Positions 47,612 to 57,961 are shown, numbered from the stretch's first letter. The stretch is 64,000 bases of DNA from an uncultured Actinomycetes bacterium (GCA_963709345.1 CAVPVX010000004.1:32001-96000), one strand, 5' to 3'. Numbers and translations are program-made. The notes: a model not told the origin generated them from the letters alone.

Positions 47612-48736
47612 GTGCACATCGAACCATTCGCCGTAGAACAGTGGATGAACTCCCACGAGACGACGGCGACCTGGAACATGGGCGAGACCTGTGTTCATTC
47701 TCTGAGCCTCGGCGAGCTGCTCGAGCTCACCGGCGACGCCGACGAAGTCCTGCGTCGCCTGCGCGACACCCGGCTCACCTACGGGCACATCATCGGCTCG
47801 CAGGAGCTCCGCGCCCAGATCGCGAGCCTGTACGGCGAAGCGATCGCGCCCGAGAACGTGCTCGTGACCAACGGCGCCATCGGCGCCAACTTCCTGGCGC
47901 TCTTCTCGCTCGCCGGGCCCGGCGCCGGAGTGGTCTGCGTCAAGCCCACCTACCAGCAGCTGTACTCGGTCCCGGAGGCGCTGGGCGCGGACCTCAGGCT
48001 GCTCCCGCTGCGCGAGCAGAACGGCCACCTTCCCGACGTGGACGAGCTCCGCTCCCTCGTCGACGCCCGCACGCGGCTCATCGTCGTCAACAACCCGAAC
48101 AACCCGACCGGCGCGCTGATGGACGAGGCGCTGCTGCGGGACATCGTCGAGGTCGCCGGCGAGCGCGACGCCTGGCTGCTCTGCGACGAGGTGTACCGGA
48201 TGCTCGAGCACGAGCCCGGCACGCGCTCGCCTTCGGTCGCCGATCTCTACGAGAAGGGCGTGAGCACGGGCAGCATGAGCAAGAGCTACTCGCTGGCGGG
48301 GCTGCGCACGGGCTGGGTCGCCGGCCCGGCGCAGGCGATCGCCCGCTGTCTCGACGTGCGCGACTACACGACCATCTCATGCGGCGTGCTCGACGACATC
48401 CTCGCCACGGTGGCGCTCGAGCGCCGCGACGCCGTTCTCACGCGCAATCTCGAGATCGTGCGCGGCAATCTTGAGCTCGTCGACGCGTGGGTCGAGGCCG
48501 AGCCGCGGCTTCGCCACGTGCGGCCGCGGGCCGGCACCACCACCCTGATCCGCTACGACTACGAGGTTCCGTCGGTCGAGTTCTGCCAGGGCATGTTCGA
48601 CCTGAACGGCGCTTTCGTCGTGCCGGGGGCCGCCTTCGGCGAGGAGCACTCCTTCCGGCTCGGGTACGCTTGCGCCCGCGACGTCCTCACTGGCGGGCTG
48701 GTCGCGATCTCCGAGTACCTGCGCACGCTTGAGTGA
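47612..48736 (+). CDS. class I/II PLP-dependent aminotransferase
   Basis: NNPNNPTG, DEVY, GSMSKSYSLAGLRTGW; GTG after GAGGAGG. Confidence 0.9.
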   Translation: MHIEPFAVEQWMNSHETTATWNMGETCVHSLSLGELLELTGDADEVLRRLRDTRLTYGHIIGSQELRAQIASLYGEAIAPENVLVTNGAIGANFLALFSLAGPGAGVVCVKPTYQQLYSVPEALGADLRLLPLREQNGHLPDVDELRSLVDARTRLIVVNNPNNPTGALMDEALLRDIVEVAGERDAWLLCDEVYRMLEHEPGTRSPSVADLYEKGVSTGSMSKSYSLAGLRTGWVAGPAQAIARCLDVRDYTTISCGVLDDILATVALERRDAVLTRNLEIVRGNLELVDAWVEAEPRLRHVRPRAGTTTLIRYDYEVPSVEFCQGMFDLNGAFVVPGAAFGEEHSFRLGYACARDVLTGGLVAISEYLRTLE

Positions 48737-48817
48737 GGCGGCTCGCATGCCGGCTGCGGCTTCGCCGGATGGCCGGCCGCACGGCCGCCGTGCACCCGGG
48801 TCTAGAATGAGGGGGAC

Positions 48818-49211
48818 ATGACCGACCCGGATCCTCAGAGCGACCGCGACGGACGGACCACTGCCGACCTTGTGGACTCCGCGCCGCGGCGCACCTGGCT
48901 GGCGGCCGAGCGAACGTACCTGGCCTGGCTTCGTACCGGCCTGGGCGCGCTCGGCATCTCGCTGGCGGTCGGGCGCCTGCTGCCGGCGCTGATCGACGCC
49001 GAGCACGTCGCCTTCGGCCTGCTCGGCATCGGCTACGGCGCGCTCGGGCGTCCTCCTGCTCGTGATCTCCGCGTACCGGACCCAGCGGGTGCGGGCGGCG
49101 CTCACCGCGCAGCGACCGCTGCCCACCGACGCCTGGACGATCTGGGTGTTCACCGCCGTGGGCCTCGCGCTGGCCGTCGGGACGATCGCGCTGGTCATCG
49201 TCGCGATCTGA
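48818..49211 (+). CDS. DUF202/YidH family membrane protein; frameshift near 49047
   Basis: RTWLAAERTYLAWLRTGL; hydrophobic continuation VLLLVISAYR...ALVIVAI* in a shifted frame. Confidence 0.8.
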
Positions 49212-49257
49212 ACGCGGCGGCCGCACCAGGACCGACAGAAGACCGGAGGAGGCCCGC

Positions 49258-49610
49258 ATGAGCCGCCACGCGCCGTTGCGGGAGCTCGTCGTCCGCGCCT
49301 TTCTCGAGGACGTCGCTCTGAACACCCGCTGGCTGCTCGGTCCGGTTCGGAAGTACCTGCGCCGGCTCGTCGAACGCATCAATGTGGTGAGCTGCGGCGG
49401 CAGCTCGGCCGTGTGGTGCCAGTCCTCGCCGACGTGCCCGAGTTGATGGAGTTCGAGCACGTGTTCGAGCCGCAGGCGGTCAACCTTGGGGTATACGATG
49501 AGCGCTATGGGACCTTTCTCGAGGTCCACAGACGCATGCGCCTGCTCTGCCGGCGCATCCGCCGGGGGGCGCCGCCCGCGAGCGGCGCGGGGTCGGCCGG
49601 CCGGGCGTAG
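49258..49610 (+). pseudogene. C-terminal remnant of an FGGY carbohydrate kinase (xylulokinase-like)
   Basis: VRAFLEDVALNTRW...INVV.CGGSSAVWCQ, compare RA.LEGVA...GGG..S..W.Q; then VFEPQ..N..VYDERY..F in another frame. Confidence 0.6.
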
Positions 49611-49640
49611 CCGGAGCCGGCCGCGGCCAAAGGGGGCGAC

Positions 49641-50987
49641 ATGAGCGATCGTGTCGGCGACCGGGCGGACGACCGGGCGAACGATCGGGCTGCCGAGAGA
49701 GCGGACGAACGAGCGCCGGCAGTGGCGGATCCCGGCTACCGGGTGTACGGCTACCGCTGGGTCGTGCTGGCCGTCTTCATGCTGGTGAACGTCACCATCC
49801 AGATGCTCTGGATCGGCTACGCGCCGATCACCAGTCTCGCCTCCGAGTACTACGGCGTCTCCGAGCTTGCGATCGGCGTCCTCGCGATGTCGTTCATGAT
49901 CGCCTTCATCCCGCTGTCGCTGCCGGCCGCGTGGCTCATCGACACGCGCGGCTTTCGCTTTGCCGTCGGCTTCGGCGTCGTGATGATGGCCGTGTTCGGC
50001 ATCGCCCGCGGCCTGGTCGGCGCGAACTACACCCTGGCCCTGCTTTGCACCGTCGGCATCGCCGTTGCCCAGCCCTTCCTGCTCAACGCCTGGACCAAGG
50101 TGCCGGCCAACTGGTTTGCGCCGCGCCAGCGTGCGACGGCCGTCGGCCTGGTCACGCTGGCCAGCATGCTCGGGGTCGCGCTCGGGATGGTGCTCACGCC
50201 GATCCTGGCCGAGATGATGTCGATCGCGACGCTCCAGCTCGTCTACGGCCTGCTGGCCGCAGCCACCGCCGTCGCGTTCCTGGCGCTGGCGCGGGAGCGG
50301 CCGGCGACCTCGCCGTGCCCTCCCGGCATGGAGGAGCGCGCCCTCATGCTCGACGGACTCAAGCACGCGCTCCACGTGCGACCGTTCCTGATCATGCTCG
50401 CCGTCGCCTTCATCGTCATGGGCGCCTTCAACGGTGTGACCACGTGGGTCGAGCAGATCATCGAGCCGCGTGGCTTCAGCCCCAGCGACGCCGGCGTGAT
50501 GGGGGCGCTGATGCTGCTCGCCGGGATCGTCGGGGCGGTCGTGCTCTCGGCGCTCTCCGATCGCCGAGGCAAGCGCATCCTCTTCATGGTCATCGCTCTG
50601 GTCGCGACCGTGCCCGGTATGCTCGGGGTCGCCTTCGTGTCGTCCACGGCGCTTCTCTACGCCTTCGCTGCGTTCCTCGGCTTCTTCCTCGTCGCCGTGC
50701 TTCCGCTGGGCATGCAGTACGCCGCGGAGATCACCAACCCGACGCCGGAGGGCACGTCGAACGGGCTCATCCAGCTCTGCGGTCAGGTCTCCGTCGTCTA
50801 CGTCTACGTGATGGCGGCGCTACGCGGCGACGACGGCTCGTTCACCGTGTCGCTGCTGCTCTCGACGGCGCTGCTCGCCGCCGGGGCGGTCGTGGTGTCA
50901 CGGCTCAAGGACGCGGCGCCGACAGGCGGCGAAGCCGTCCCGGATCCGACGTCCATCGCTCCGGCGACGGCCGCACCGACGCCATAG
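49641..50987 (+). CDS. MFS transporter (FLVCR/SLC49-like)
   Basis: YRVYGYRWVVL, AQPF..N......WF...QRATA, SDRRGKR, YAAEITNP.PEGTS.G. Confidence 0.88.
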   Translation: MSDRVGDRADDRANDRAAERADERAPAVADPGYRVYGYRWVVLAVFMLVNVTIQMLWIGYAPITSLASEYYGVSELAIGVLAMSFMIAFIPLSLPAAWLIDTRGFRFAVGFGVVMMAVFGIARGLVGANYTLALLCTVGIAVAQPFLLNAWTKVPANWFAPRQRATAVGLVTLASMLGVALGMVLTPILAEMMSIATLQLVYGLLAAATAVAFLALARERPATSPCPPGMEERALMLDGLKHALHVRPFLIMLAVAFIVMGAFNGVTTWVEQIIEPRGFSPSDAGVMGALMLLAGIVGAVVLSALSDRRGKRILFMVIALVATVPGMLGVAFVSSTALLYAFAAFLGFFLVAVLPLGMQYAAEITNPTPEGTSNGLIQLCGQVSVVYVYVMAALRGDDGSFTVSLLLSTALLAAGAVVVSRLKDAAPTGGEAVPDPTSIAPATAAPTP

Positions 50988-50988
50988 C

Positions 50989-51633
50989 TCAGGCGGCGGG
51001 CGCCCCCGCCCCGGCACGCCATGGGATCACGCGCTGTCGCGGGTCGTCGACCAGGTCCAGTTCCACCATTCGCGGGCGCACTACCACGGTGCCGGCGGCG
51101 AGATCGCCGAGACGCTGGTGGCGCGGTGTCAGCCAGATGGCGACGGCGCCGACGAGATAGAAGACCGGCAGCACGTCGACGACACGTGCGAGCGTACGCA
51201 CGAGGGCCCGACCGAGGCCGATCGGCGATCCGTCCACGCGCAAAACGCGCAGGTCGCAGAGGCGCTTGCCGAGCGTCTGTCCCCAGAGCCCTTCGCAGAC
51301 CCAGTAGTAGACGAACGCGGCGCACGCGAAGACGAGCCACAGCGGCCAGCTCTGCGGTTCTTCCCCGACCACGGCGAACTCGCCGGCCCCGGTCAGGAGC
51401 AGGTACACGACCAGCGATACCAGGATGAAGACGAGGAAGAGCAGGATCGTGTCGATCGCCTGCGCCAGCAGGCGGATGCCGACCCCTTGGCAGACGCGGA
51501 CCCTGTCGGTGCCGCGACCGCGGAAGGCGGACTCGCCGCTGCGCGGGTCGGCGCCGCACTCGGGGCAGCGCGGCGCCTCGGCGGACACTTGCCGCCCGCA
51601 TCGTCGGCACCTGCTGTCGGACGCACCGGTCAC
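50989..51633 (-). CDS. RDD family protein with N-terminal zinc ribbon
   Basis: CRRCG...CPECG; RLLAQAID, GQTLGK, QRLGDLAAGTVVV; GTG after GGAGGAG. Confidence 0.85.
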   Translation of the reverse strand: MTGASDSRCRRCGRQVSAEAPRCPECGADPRSGESAFRGRGTDRVRVCQGVGIRLLAQAIDTILLFLVFILVSLVVYLLLTGAGEFAVVGEEPQSWPLWLVFACAAFVYYWVCEGLWGQTLGKRLCDLRVLRVDGSPIGLGRALVRTLARVVDVLPVFYLVGAVAIWLTPRHQRLGDLAAGTVVVRPRMVELDLVDDPRQRVIPWRAGAGAPAA

Positions 51634-51787
51634 GGCTCCTCCACATCGGGACCGTCGACAAGCATAGCGACTCCCCGCTCCCCGGCAAGGGGGGCGGTTC
51701 CGCCTCGCGCCACGCGGGGTGCCTCGCGCCCTCCCGCTCCGGTAGGGTAACGGCGTATCGCTGTGGGGCCGGTCGAGAGGAGTCCGA

Positions 51788-53128
51788 GTGAACGCGTCCA
51801 GAGCGGATCCGCGCGCTGACGACGCGGTCGCGAGCGAGAACGGCGACGGTGGCGTGCGCATGCGGCGCGCTCGTCGGTCGGGCATGCGGGAGCGAATCGT
51901 CTTACTCGTCTGCGCGGCCGTCATCGCGCTGCACCTGGCCCTCGCCGCATTCGTGTTCGTCCGCCCCGGGGTCGCCCGGACGGACCACCTGCTCGCGGCC
52001 GTCGTCCCGGTCGCCATTCTCCTGCTCGCCGTCGACCTCTGGCCGCGAATGGTCGCGGGACTCCGCGCCGCTCTCTCGCTCGGCTTCGGCATCCTCGCGC
52101 TGGTGACCGGCGGCGTGGCGGTCTTCGCCGCCCGCGCCGAGGGTGTCGCCGCGACACACATCACCGGCGCGCTACTCGTGCCGGCCGGCGCCGTTCTGGT
52201 CGGAATGGGCGTGTGGCTGCTCTGGGTCTCGCGAAGGCGGGGCGGCCGGCTGTGGCGGACGATCGTGCGCCGCGCCTTGCTCGCGATCGCGGCGCTGTTC
52301 GTGTTCTACTCCGTGCTCTTGCCGGCGAGCATCGCGATCGTGGCCACCGAGCGGCCCAGTGAGACCGTGGAGGCGGCCGATCTGGGCCGGCCGAAGCAGG
52401 ACGTCACGCTTGTGACCAGCGATGGCCTCATGCTGAGCGCCTGGTACGTGCCGCCGGAGAACGGCGCCGTCGTCATCACCTTCCCCCGCACCTGGACCAT
52501 TGAGCACGCGCGCATGCTGGTGCGTAGCGGCTACGGTGTGCTGCTGGTCGACCCGCGCGGGTACGGGCGCAGCGAAGGCGACCCCAATGCCTACGGCTGG
52601 GGCTCTACCCGCGACATCGACGCCGCCGCCGCGTGGTTGCGACACCGTCCGGAGGTCAAGAAGCGACGCATCGGCGGTCTCGGACTCTCGGTAGGCGGCG
52701 AACAGATGATCGAGGCGGCCGCCGGTAACTACACGCTCAAAGGCGTGGTCAGCGAGGGCGCCGGGATCCGCTCGGTCCGCGAGACGTTCGTGCGCCGGGG
52801 CGTGAGCCCCCTGGAGCTGCTCCTTCAGTTTCCCCAGGATCTCGCGCAGACGGTGTCCGTGTGGCTCCTCGGCAGCCAGGCTCCGCCGCCGTCGCTCGAG
52901 GATGAGGCCGCCCGGATCACCCCGCGAGCCGTCTTCTTCATCTACGGCGAGAACGGCCAGGAGATCGAGGCGGCGGTCAACCCGGCCTACTACGCCGCCG
53001 CCGGTCAGCCCAAGGAGATCTGGATGGTGCCCGGCGCGGGCCACACCGGCGGCATCGACGCGCAGCCGGAGGAGTACGAGCGGCGCGTGATCGAGTTCTT
53101 CGACCGGTCCCTGCTCGGCCAGGAGTAG
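51788..53128 (+). CDS. membrane-anchored alpha/beta hydrolase
   Basis: Several TM helices, then DPRGYGRSEG, GLSVGG, PGAGHTG. Confidence 0.85.
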   Translation: MNASRADPRADDAVASENGDGGVRMRRARRSGMRERIVLLVCAAVIALHLALAAFVFVRPGVARTDHLLAAVVPVAILLLAVDLWPRMVAGLRAALSLGFGILALVTGGVAVFAARAEGVAATHITGALLVPAGAVLVGMGVWLLWVSRRRGGRLWRTIVRRALLAIAALFVFYSVLLPASIAIVATERPSETVEAADLGRPKQDVTLVTSDGLMLSAWYVPPENGAVVITFPRTWTIEHARMLVRSGYGVLLVDPRGYGRSEGDPNAYGWGSTRDIDAAAAWLRHRPEVKKRRIGGLGLSVGGEQMIEAAAGNYTLKGVVSEGAGIRSVRETFVRRGVSPLELLLQFPQDLAQTVSVWLLGSQAPPPSLEDEAARITPRAVFFIYGENGQEIEAAVNPAYYAAAGQPKEIWMVPGAGHTGGIDAQPEEYERRVIEFFDRSLLGQE

Positions 53129-53167
53129 CTGCGCTCGCCCGGCCGGGTCGCCCTCGAGCGCCCGGTC

Positions 53168-53950
53168 CTACCGGGGCAGACGGCCCTCGATGCGGCTGGC
53201 GAGGTAGCCGACGGAGTTGAACGCGGTGTGCGTGAGCCACGGCGCCAGCACACTGCCGGAGCGGAGGCGCAGGAAGCAGAAGAAGGCGCCGGCGACGCCG
53301 GTGGTGAGCACGATGAAGGCGACGGCGCCGGCCTGCAGGACGAGACTGTCCGCCGCGGCGGCCGCGCCGGGGTTGGTATCCAGAGAGCTCAGCGTCGGCA
53401 GCACGTGCCAGAAGCCGAACACGGCGGAGCTCATGAGGACGGCGACCCACGGTCGGTGACGCTGCAGGTAGAGACCGAGGAGGCCGCCGCGGAAGATGAG
53501 CTCCTCGGCCAGCGCCGTGCCGAAGGGGATGCGGAGAAGGAGCGTGTAGGCGGCCTCCGCCGTGCTCGCGCCGACGATCGTGGCGTCGCGGAAGAACTCC
53601 CGCGTCCACGGGATCGCCAGCCCGACCGTCACGACCGCGGCGATGGGGATCACCGTGAGCGCTCCCAGTCGCAGTCCGCTCCTCATGAGGTCGCGGGCGA
53701 GACCGAGGTCGCGCCAGGTCACGCCGGAGCGTCTGAGCGCGATCAGACCGAGGCCGGCGACCGCAAGGTTGACCGGCACGTACAGGAAGCCGGGGACGAC
53801 GCGGGCGATGAGCACGCCGTAGCCGAGGACCACGGCCGCGGCGCCGAGCTCCAGCGCGAGACCGCCCGGAGGTCGGCGGGGGGCTGCGCCGGGAAGCGCC
53901 GGGCCGGCTTCGCCCGCCGGCTCCTCCTCACTACTCGATCGCGTACTCAT
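53168..53950 (-). CDS. CPBP/CAAX (Abi) intramembrane metalloprotease
   Basis: EELIFRG, FGFWH, HTAFN. Confidence 0.88.
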   Translation of the reverse strand: MSTRSSSEEEPAGEAGPALPGAAPRRPPGGLALELGAAAVVLGYGVLIARVVPGFLYVPVNLAVAGLGLIALRRSGVTWRDLGLARDLMRSGLRLGALTVIPIAAVVTVGLAIPWTREFFRDATIVGASTAEAAYTLLLRIPFGTALAEELIFRGGLLGLYLQRHRPWVAVLMSSAVFGFWHVLPTLSSLDTNPGAAAAADSLVLQAGAVAFIVLTTGVAGAFFCFLRLRSGSVLAPWLTHTAFNSVGYLASRIEGRLPR

Positions 53951-55586
53951 CGATCAACTGCTGCAGGCGGTCGGTGTCGGCGTCCGTCCAGCCGGGCGGC
54001 TGCGCCAGTCGCGCCCACGCCGACACCATCATGTTGCCGTAGTTGTGGCCGTGGCCGTTGGGCACCCCGGTGCCGTGGAACTGGTCTACCGTGACCTGCA
54101 CGAACGACACGATCGGGAACCAGACGGACTTGGCGCTGACGTCTGGCCCGCGGGGCTCGGCGAGCCAGTCGGGCCGGCTCCAGAGGATGCTCCAGTACCA
54201 CCACACGATGGGGTCGGAGGCGTGCTGAAGGTAGAGGATGCGAGGCGTTGTCCACGGTCCCGGCGGGTTGGCGTAGTCAGGCGGAGACGCGGCGAAGCGG
54301 GCGCCCCGGCCTTCGCCGACCACGGGCTGCCACTCGGGGCTGCCGGCGTCGCGGCCGCGCACGACTGAGCGCCACAGCGTCGTGTCGTTCGGTGTGCCGA
54401 TGAAGACCGCGCCGTCCGTCCGTGAGCGCAGATCGCCGAGACTGCCGAAGGCGGCCTGCTGGGCGAAGGACCCAAGGCTGAGCCCGTAGGCGAGCAGCCT
54501 CGGCCGCTCGTCGTCCGGCAGCTGCGCCCAGCGTTCGTGCACGGCTTCGAAGAGCGCCTGCCCGGCATCTTCGGCGCGCTGCTTGTCGACGAGGAACGAG
54601 ATCCAGCTGGGCAGGTACGAGTACTGGATCGTCGCCAGCGCCGTGTCGCCGTTCCACAGGTACTCGACGGAGTTGCTCGACTGCGGCTCGATCCATCCGG
54701 TGCCGGTGGTCCCCATCACGACGAGGATCTCGCGCGAGAAGGCTTTGGTCCGCTCGAGCTCTTGCACCGCGAGGGCGGCGCGCGCCTCTGCCGTCGGCGC
54801 GCTGTCGAGGCCCACGTAGACGCGGATCGGTTCCTTCGCCGACTCTCCGTTGAACTCCTCGAGGCTGGCCGCGTCCGGGCCGCGGCCGATGAAGTTGCGG
54901 CCCTGGAAGCCGAGCGACTCCCAGGTGACGAGCGAGCCCGGACCACCGGAACGGAGCGGGCTCGTCGGCTGAGTCACGCCGGGCGCGGTACTGGCGTTCG
55001 TCGTGTCGTACAGGCTGTCGGCGAGGTTCTTGGAGAATCGGAGCCCGAGGCCGAAGAGGATGAGAAGCGGCAGCGCGATGAGGACGGCGCCACAGACGAG
55101 CGCGACCGTCCTCGGCAGCTTGTGTGCAAGCAGTCTGGCGATGCTGCGCGCGGCTGCCCGCAGAAGCCGCGCGATCGCCAGCAAGACGAGCCAGATCAAC
55201 GCCGCGAGTGGCAGAGCGGCGAACGCTCCCCACGCCGAGACGGGGTCGAGCGTCATGAGCTCGCGCGCCTGGTTGTTCCACACGCCGCTCGTGTAGGTGG
55301 CGCCCGCGACGAAGACGACGGCGGTCGCGGCCAGCGTGAGCCAGGCGATGCGGCGGCCGCGCCGGGAGGGGCGCCACTGCGCGGCGCCGGCGCCGGCCCA
55401 GAAGAGCAGCGCGCCGAGGCCGTACCCTGCGGAAAACGAGACGCCGCTGACGAGACCCTGCAGCAGCCAGTCGCGCGGCAGGAGCGTCGGCGTCAGGGAG
55501 AAGCCCAGGAAGACGAGTGCGAGCACGACCCCCCCGAAGCTGAGCGGGGCGAGGAGCTTGCTGCGTGTGGGGCGACCGGCAGGCAT
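53931..55586 (-). CDS. membrane alpha/beta hydrolase (Abhydrolase_9-type)
   Basis: SLTPTLLPR, PIRVYVGL, TGTGW, QYSYLPSW, GLSLG, HASDP, GHGHNY. Confidence 0.87.
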   Translation of the reverse strand: MPAGRPTRSKLLAPLSFGGVVLALVFLGFSLTPTLLPRDWLLQGLVSGVSFSAGYGLGALLFWAGAGAAQWRPSRRGRRIAWLTLAATAVVFVAGATYTSGVWNNQARELMTLDPVSAWGAFAALPLAALIWLVLLAIARLLRAAARSIARLLAHKLPRTVALVCGAVLIALPLLILFGLGLRFSKNLADSLYDTTNASTAPGVTQPTSPLRSGGPGSLVTWESLGFQGRNFIGRGPDAASLEEFNGESAKEPIRVYVGLDSAPTAEARAALAVQELERTKAFSREILVVMGTTGTGWIEPQSSNSVEYLWNGDTALATIQYSYLPSWISFLVDKQRAEDAGQALFEAVHERWAQLPDDERPRLLAYGLSLGSFAQQAAFGSLGDLRSRTDGAVFIGTPNDTTLWRSVVRGRDAGSPEWQPVVGEGRGARFAASPPDYANPPGPWTTPRILYLQHASDPIVWWYWSILWSRPDWLAEPRGPDVSAKSVWFPIVSFVQVTVDQFHGTGVPNGHGHNYGNMMVSAWARLAQPPGWTDADTDRLQQLIDEYAIE

Positions 55587-55704
55587 TCTCGCTATTCTGT
55601 CGTACTTGGGTGCACGGCGACAGCCCGGAGCCGGGCGGCGTTCGTGCCCGCCGGCGTGAAGCGCTCGCGGTCGCCGCCCTCGCCGCCGATGGGATGATGG
55701 ACCA

Positions 55705-56586
55705 ATGAGCAGCCCCGACGACAGACGGACTCCCTGGAAGCGCCGGCCGCGGAAGCGGCGACTCACGGTGTCAGGCGCGCTTCTTGCTACCACCACGCTG
55801 CTCGCCGGCCTGCTCGTCGCAGCGTGCGCCTGCGGCGAGGCCCAGGTCGTCGGTTCTTCGCCGGGCTCCGGCTCGTCCGGCGCGCTCGCTTCGCCGTCCT
55901 CGTCGGTAACTCCTTCGGAGGCGGCCGCCTCGCCGTCGCCCAGCCCCACTCCGCCACCGCTCGACAAGCCGACGAAGAAGGATCCGCTGCGCGTGTACTT
56001 CGGCGGCGACTCCCTGGCGGGCATGCCCGGGGTCATGCTGCAACAGTTGACCGCGAAGAACGGGCTCGCCAGGGTGCGGCCCGACTACGTCGTCTCGTCG
56101 CGGCTCACCTACGACGACCCTGTGGATTGGCCGGCGCGCGTCAAGCAGCAGATGGCCGCCGGGCGCACCGACGTCGGCGTCTTCATGATCGGCAGCAACG
56201 ACACCGGCATGCCGATGCTCGTGAACGGTGAATCGACCTGGTACCCGAAGAAGAAGTGGCTTGAGGAGTACGAGCGCCGCGCCATGAGGATCGCCGTCAT
56301 CATGCTGCGCGGCGGCGCGGAGCGCGTGTACTGGGTCGGGATGCCCATCATGCCGAACGGCGAGGAGTCGGCCAAGATACGTAAGCTCAACGAGTTGTTC
56401 GAGAACGTCGCCCGTCGCAGCCCGGACGTGGTCTACGTCGACAGCTACGAGCTTCTGTCGAAGAAGAACGGCGACTTCAACGCCGCGTTGCGCAGCGGCG
56501 ACGGCGTGCACTACACGAACGAGGGAGCCCAGGTAGTCGCCGAGGCCGTCTGGGAGGCGATCAAGCGCGACTGGCAGGCCCGGTAG
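55705..56586 (+). CDS. DUF459/SGNH-family exported (lipo)protein
   Basis: GDSL, GSND, VYWVGMP, RSGDGVHYT. Confidence 0.82.
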   Translation: MSSPDDRRTPWKRRPRKRRLTVSGALLATTTLLAGLLVAACACGEAQVVGSSPGSGSSGALASPSSSVTPSEAAASPSPSPTPPPLDKPTKKDPLRVYFGGDSLAGMPGVMLQQLTAKNGLARVRPDYVVSSRLTYDDPVDWPARVKQQMAAGRTDVGVFMIGSNDTGMPMLVNGESTWYPKKKWLEEYERRAMRIAVIMLRGGAERVYWVGMPIMPNGEESAKIRKLNELFENVARRSPDVVYVDSYELLSKKNGDFNAALRSGDGVHYTNEGAQVVAEAVWEAIKRDWQAR

Positions 56587-56622
56587 GGTCGGCCGCTGTT
56601 CGTGCGGCGGTACCATGTGCCC

Positions 56623-57840
56623 ATGGATCGGGTGACACGGAACTCGCGGCGCCGCCGGGCCCGTCGGCGCGGCTTCGTCGCGCTCGCGGTGCTCGCGGCG
56701 CTCGCGCTCGTTGCGGGTCTCGCCGTGGCGCGGGCCGTCTCCGAGCCGCCACAGGGCGCCGCGTCATCGGGCGACGCGAGGGGCGCCGTCACCGGCGCCA
56801 CTGCAGGCCCCGTCGCTTCTCCGGCGAGCGGCTCGCCCACCTCCTCCGTCTCGCCGTCTGCGTCGCCCTCGGAGCCGCCGCCCGTGCACGTCGTCAGCGG
56901 CGGTGACGTCATGCCCGACCGCGGGCCCAGGGCTTACGCGGAGGCCCACGGCAGCGACGCTGTGCTCGCCGGCATCGCCCGCGTGCTCGGCAAGGGCGAC
57001 GCCGCCTGGGTCAATCTCGAGGGGCCGCTCACGAGGACCGGCACGCCGTGGCCGGACAAGACCTACATCTTCCGCGGTCCGCCGGGGATGGCGCCGGCGC
57101 TCCGCCGCGCCGGCGTCGACATCGTGACGCTGGGCAACAATCACGCCGTCGACTACGGGCGCTCAGCGCTCAAAGACAGCATCAAGCTTCTGGAGAAGGC
57201 CGGCGTGCAGGTCGTCGGCGCCGGCCACGACGCCGCCGACGCGCGCGAGCCGGCGATCGTCACGACCGCGTCCGGAGCCACGATCGGTTTTCTCGCCTGG
57301 AACGACGCGTGGTGGCCCGGGTTCGCCGCCACGACGGACAAGGCGGGGGTGGCCGAGGCCTTCGCCGACGTCGGCCGGATGAAGCGCGACATCCGCACGC
57401 TGGCGAAGCGCGTCGACTATGTGGTCGTCGGCTACCACTGGGGGATCGAGCACGAGCACTACCCGATCGCCCAGCAGACGAAGGAGGCGCGCGCCGCCGT
57501 CGACGCCGGAGCCGACCTCGTCATCGGCCACCACCCGCATGTGCTGCAGGGAGTCGAGGTCTACAAGCGCGGGATCATCTTCTACAGCCTCGGCGACCTC
57601 GTCTTCGACCACTACAGCGTCGAGACCGGGCAGACCGTGCTGGTCGACGCCGTGCTCACCCCGCGCGGCGTGACGGCGACGCTCGTGCCCGCCTACGCCT
57701 CGAGCCAGGGCATCCCCAGCATCCAGCACGGCGCCGCCGGCAGGACCATCCTGGCGCTGGTGAAGCAGTACTCGCAGCCCTTCGGCACCAAGGTGACCAT
57801 CAAGGGCGACACGGCGACGGTGCGGGCCGGCGGGAAGTAG
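56623..57840 (+). CDS. CapA family (poly-gamma-glutamate synthesis-like) metallophosphoesterase
   Basis: GD, NLEGP, GNNHAVDYG, HWGIE, GHHPHVLQ, YSLGD. Confidence 0.9.
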   Translation: MDRVTRNSRRRRARRRGFVALAVLAALALVAGLAVARAVSEPPQGAASSGDARGAVTGATAGPVASPASGSPTSSVSPSASPSEPPPVHVVSGGDVMPDRGPRAYAEAHGSDAVLAGIARVLGKGDAAWVNLEGPLTRTGTPWPDKTYIFRGPPGMAPALRRAGVDIVTLGNNHAVDYGRSALKDSIKLLEKAGVQVVGAGHDAADAREPAIVTTASGATIGFLAWNDAWWPGFAATTDKAGVAEAFADVGRMKRDIRTLAKRVDYVVVGYHWGIEHEHYPIAQQTKEARAAVDAGADLVIGHHPHVLQGVEVYKRGIIFYSLGDLVFDHYSVETGQTVLVDAVLTPRGVTATLVPAYASSQGIPSIQHGAAGRTILALVKQYSQPFGTKVTIKGDTATVRAGGK

Positions 57841-57961
57841 GGCAGGGGGCGGACGAGCCGCATCTCGGATCGGCCTGCCGTCCGCAGGCCACCGCATCCG
57901 TCGCCGGCGCCCGTCGCATCGCCGGCGCCACCATACCTCGCGTCGCCTGGCCGTGGTCCTC

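Noticed and set aside
49647-49718. Degenerate 12-bp repeats (DRVG/DRAD/DRAN) at the MFS N-terminus
   Set aside because: Short low-complexity leader with no evidence of a separate function.
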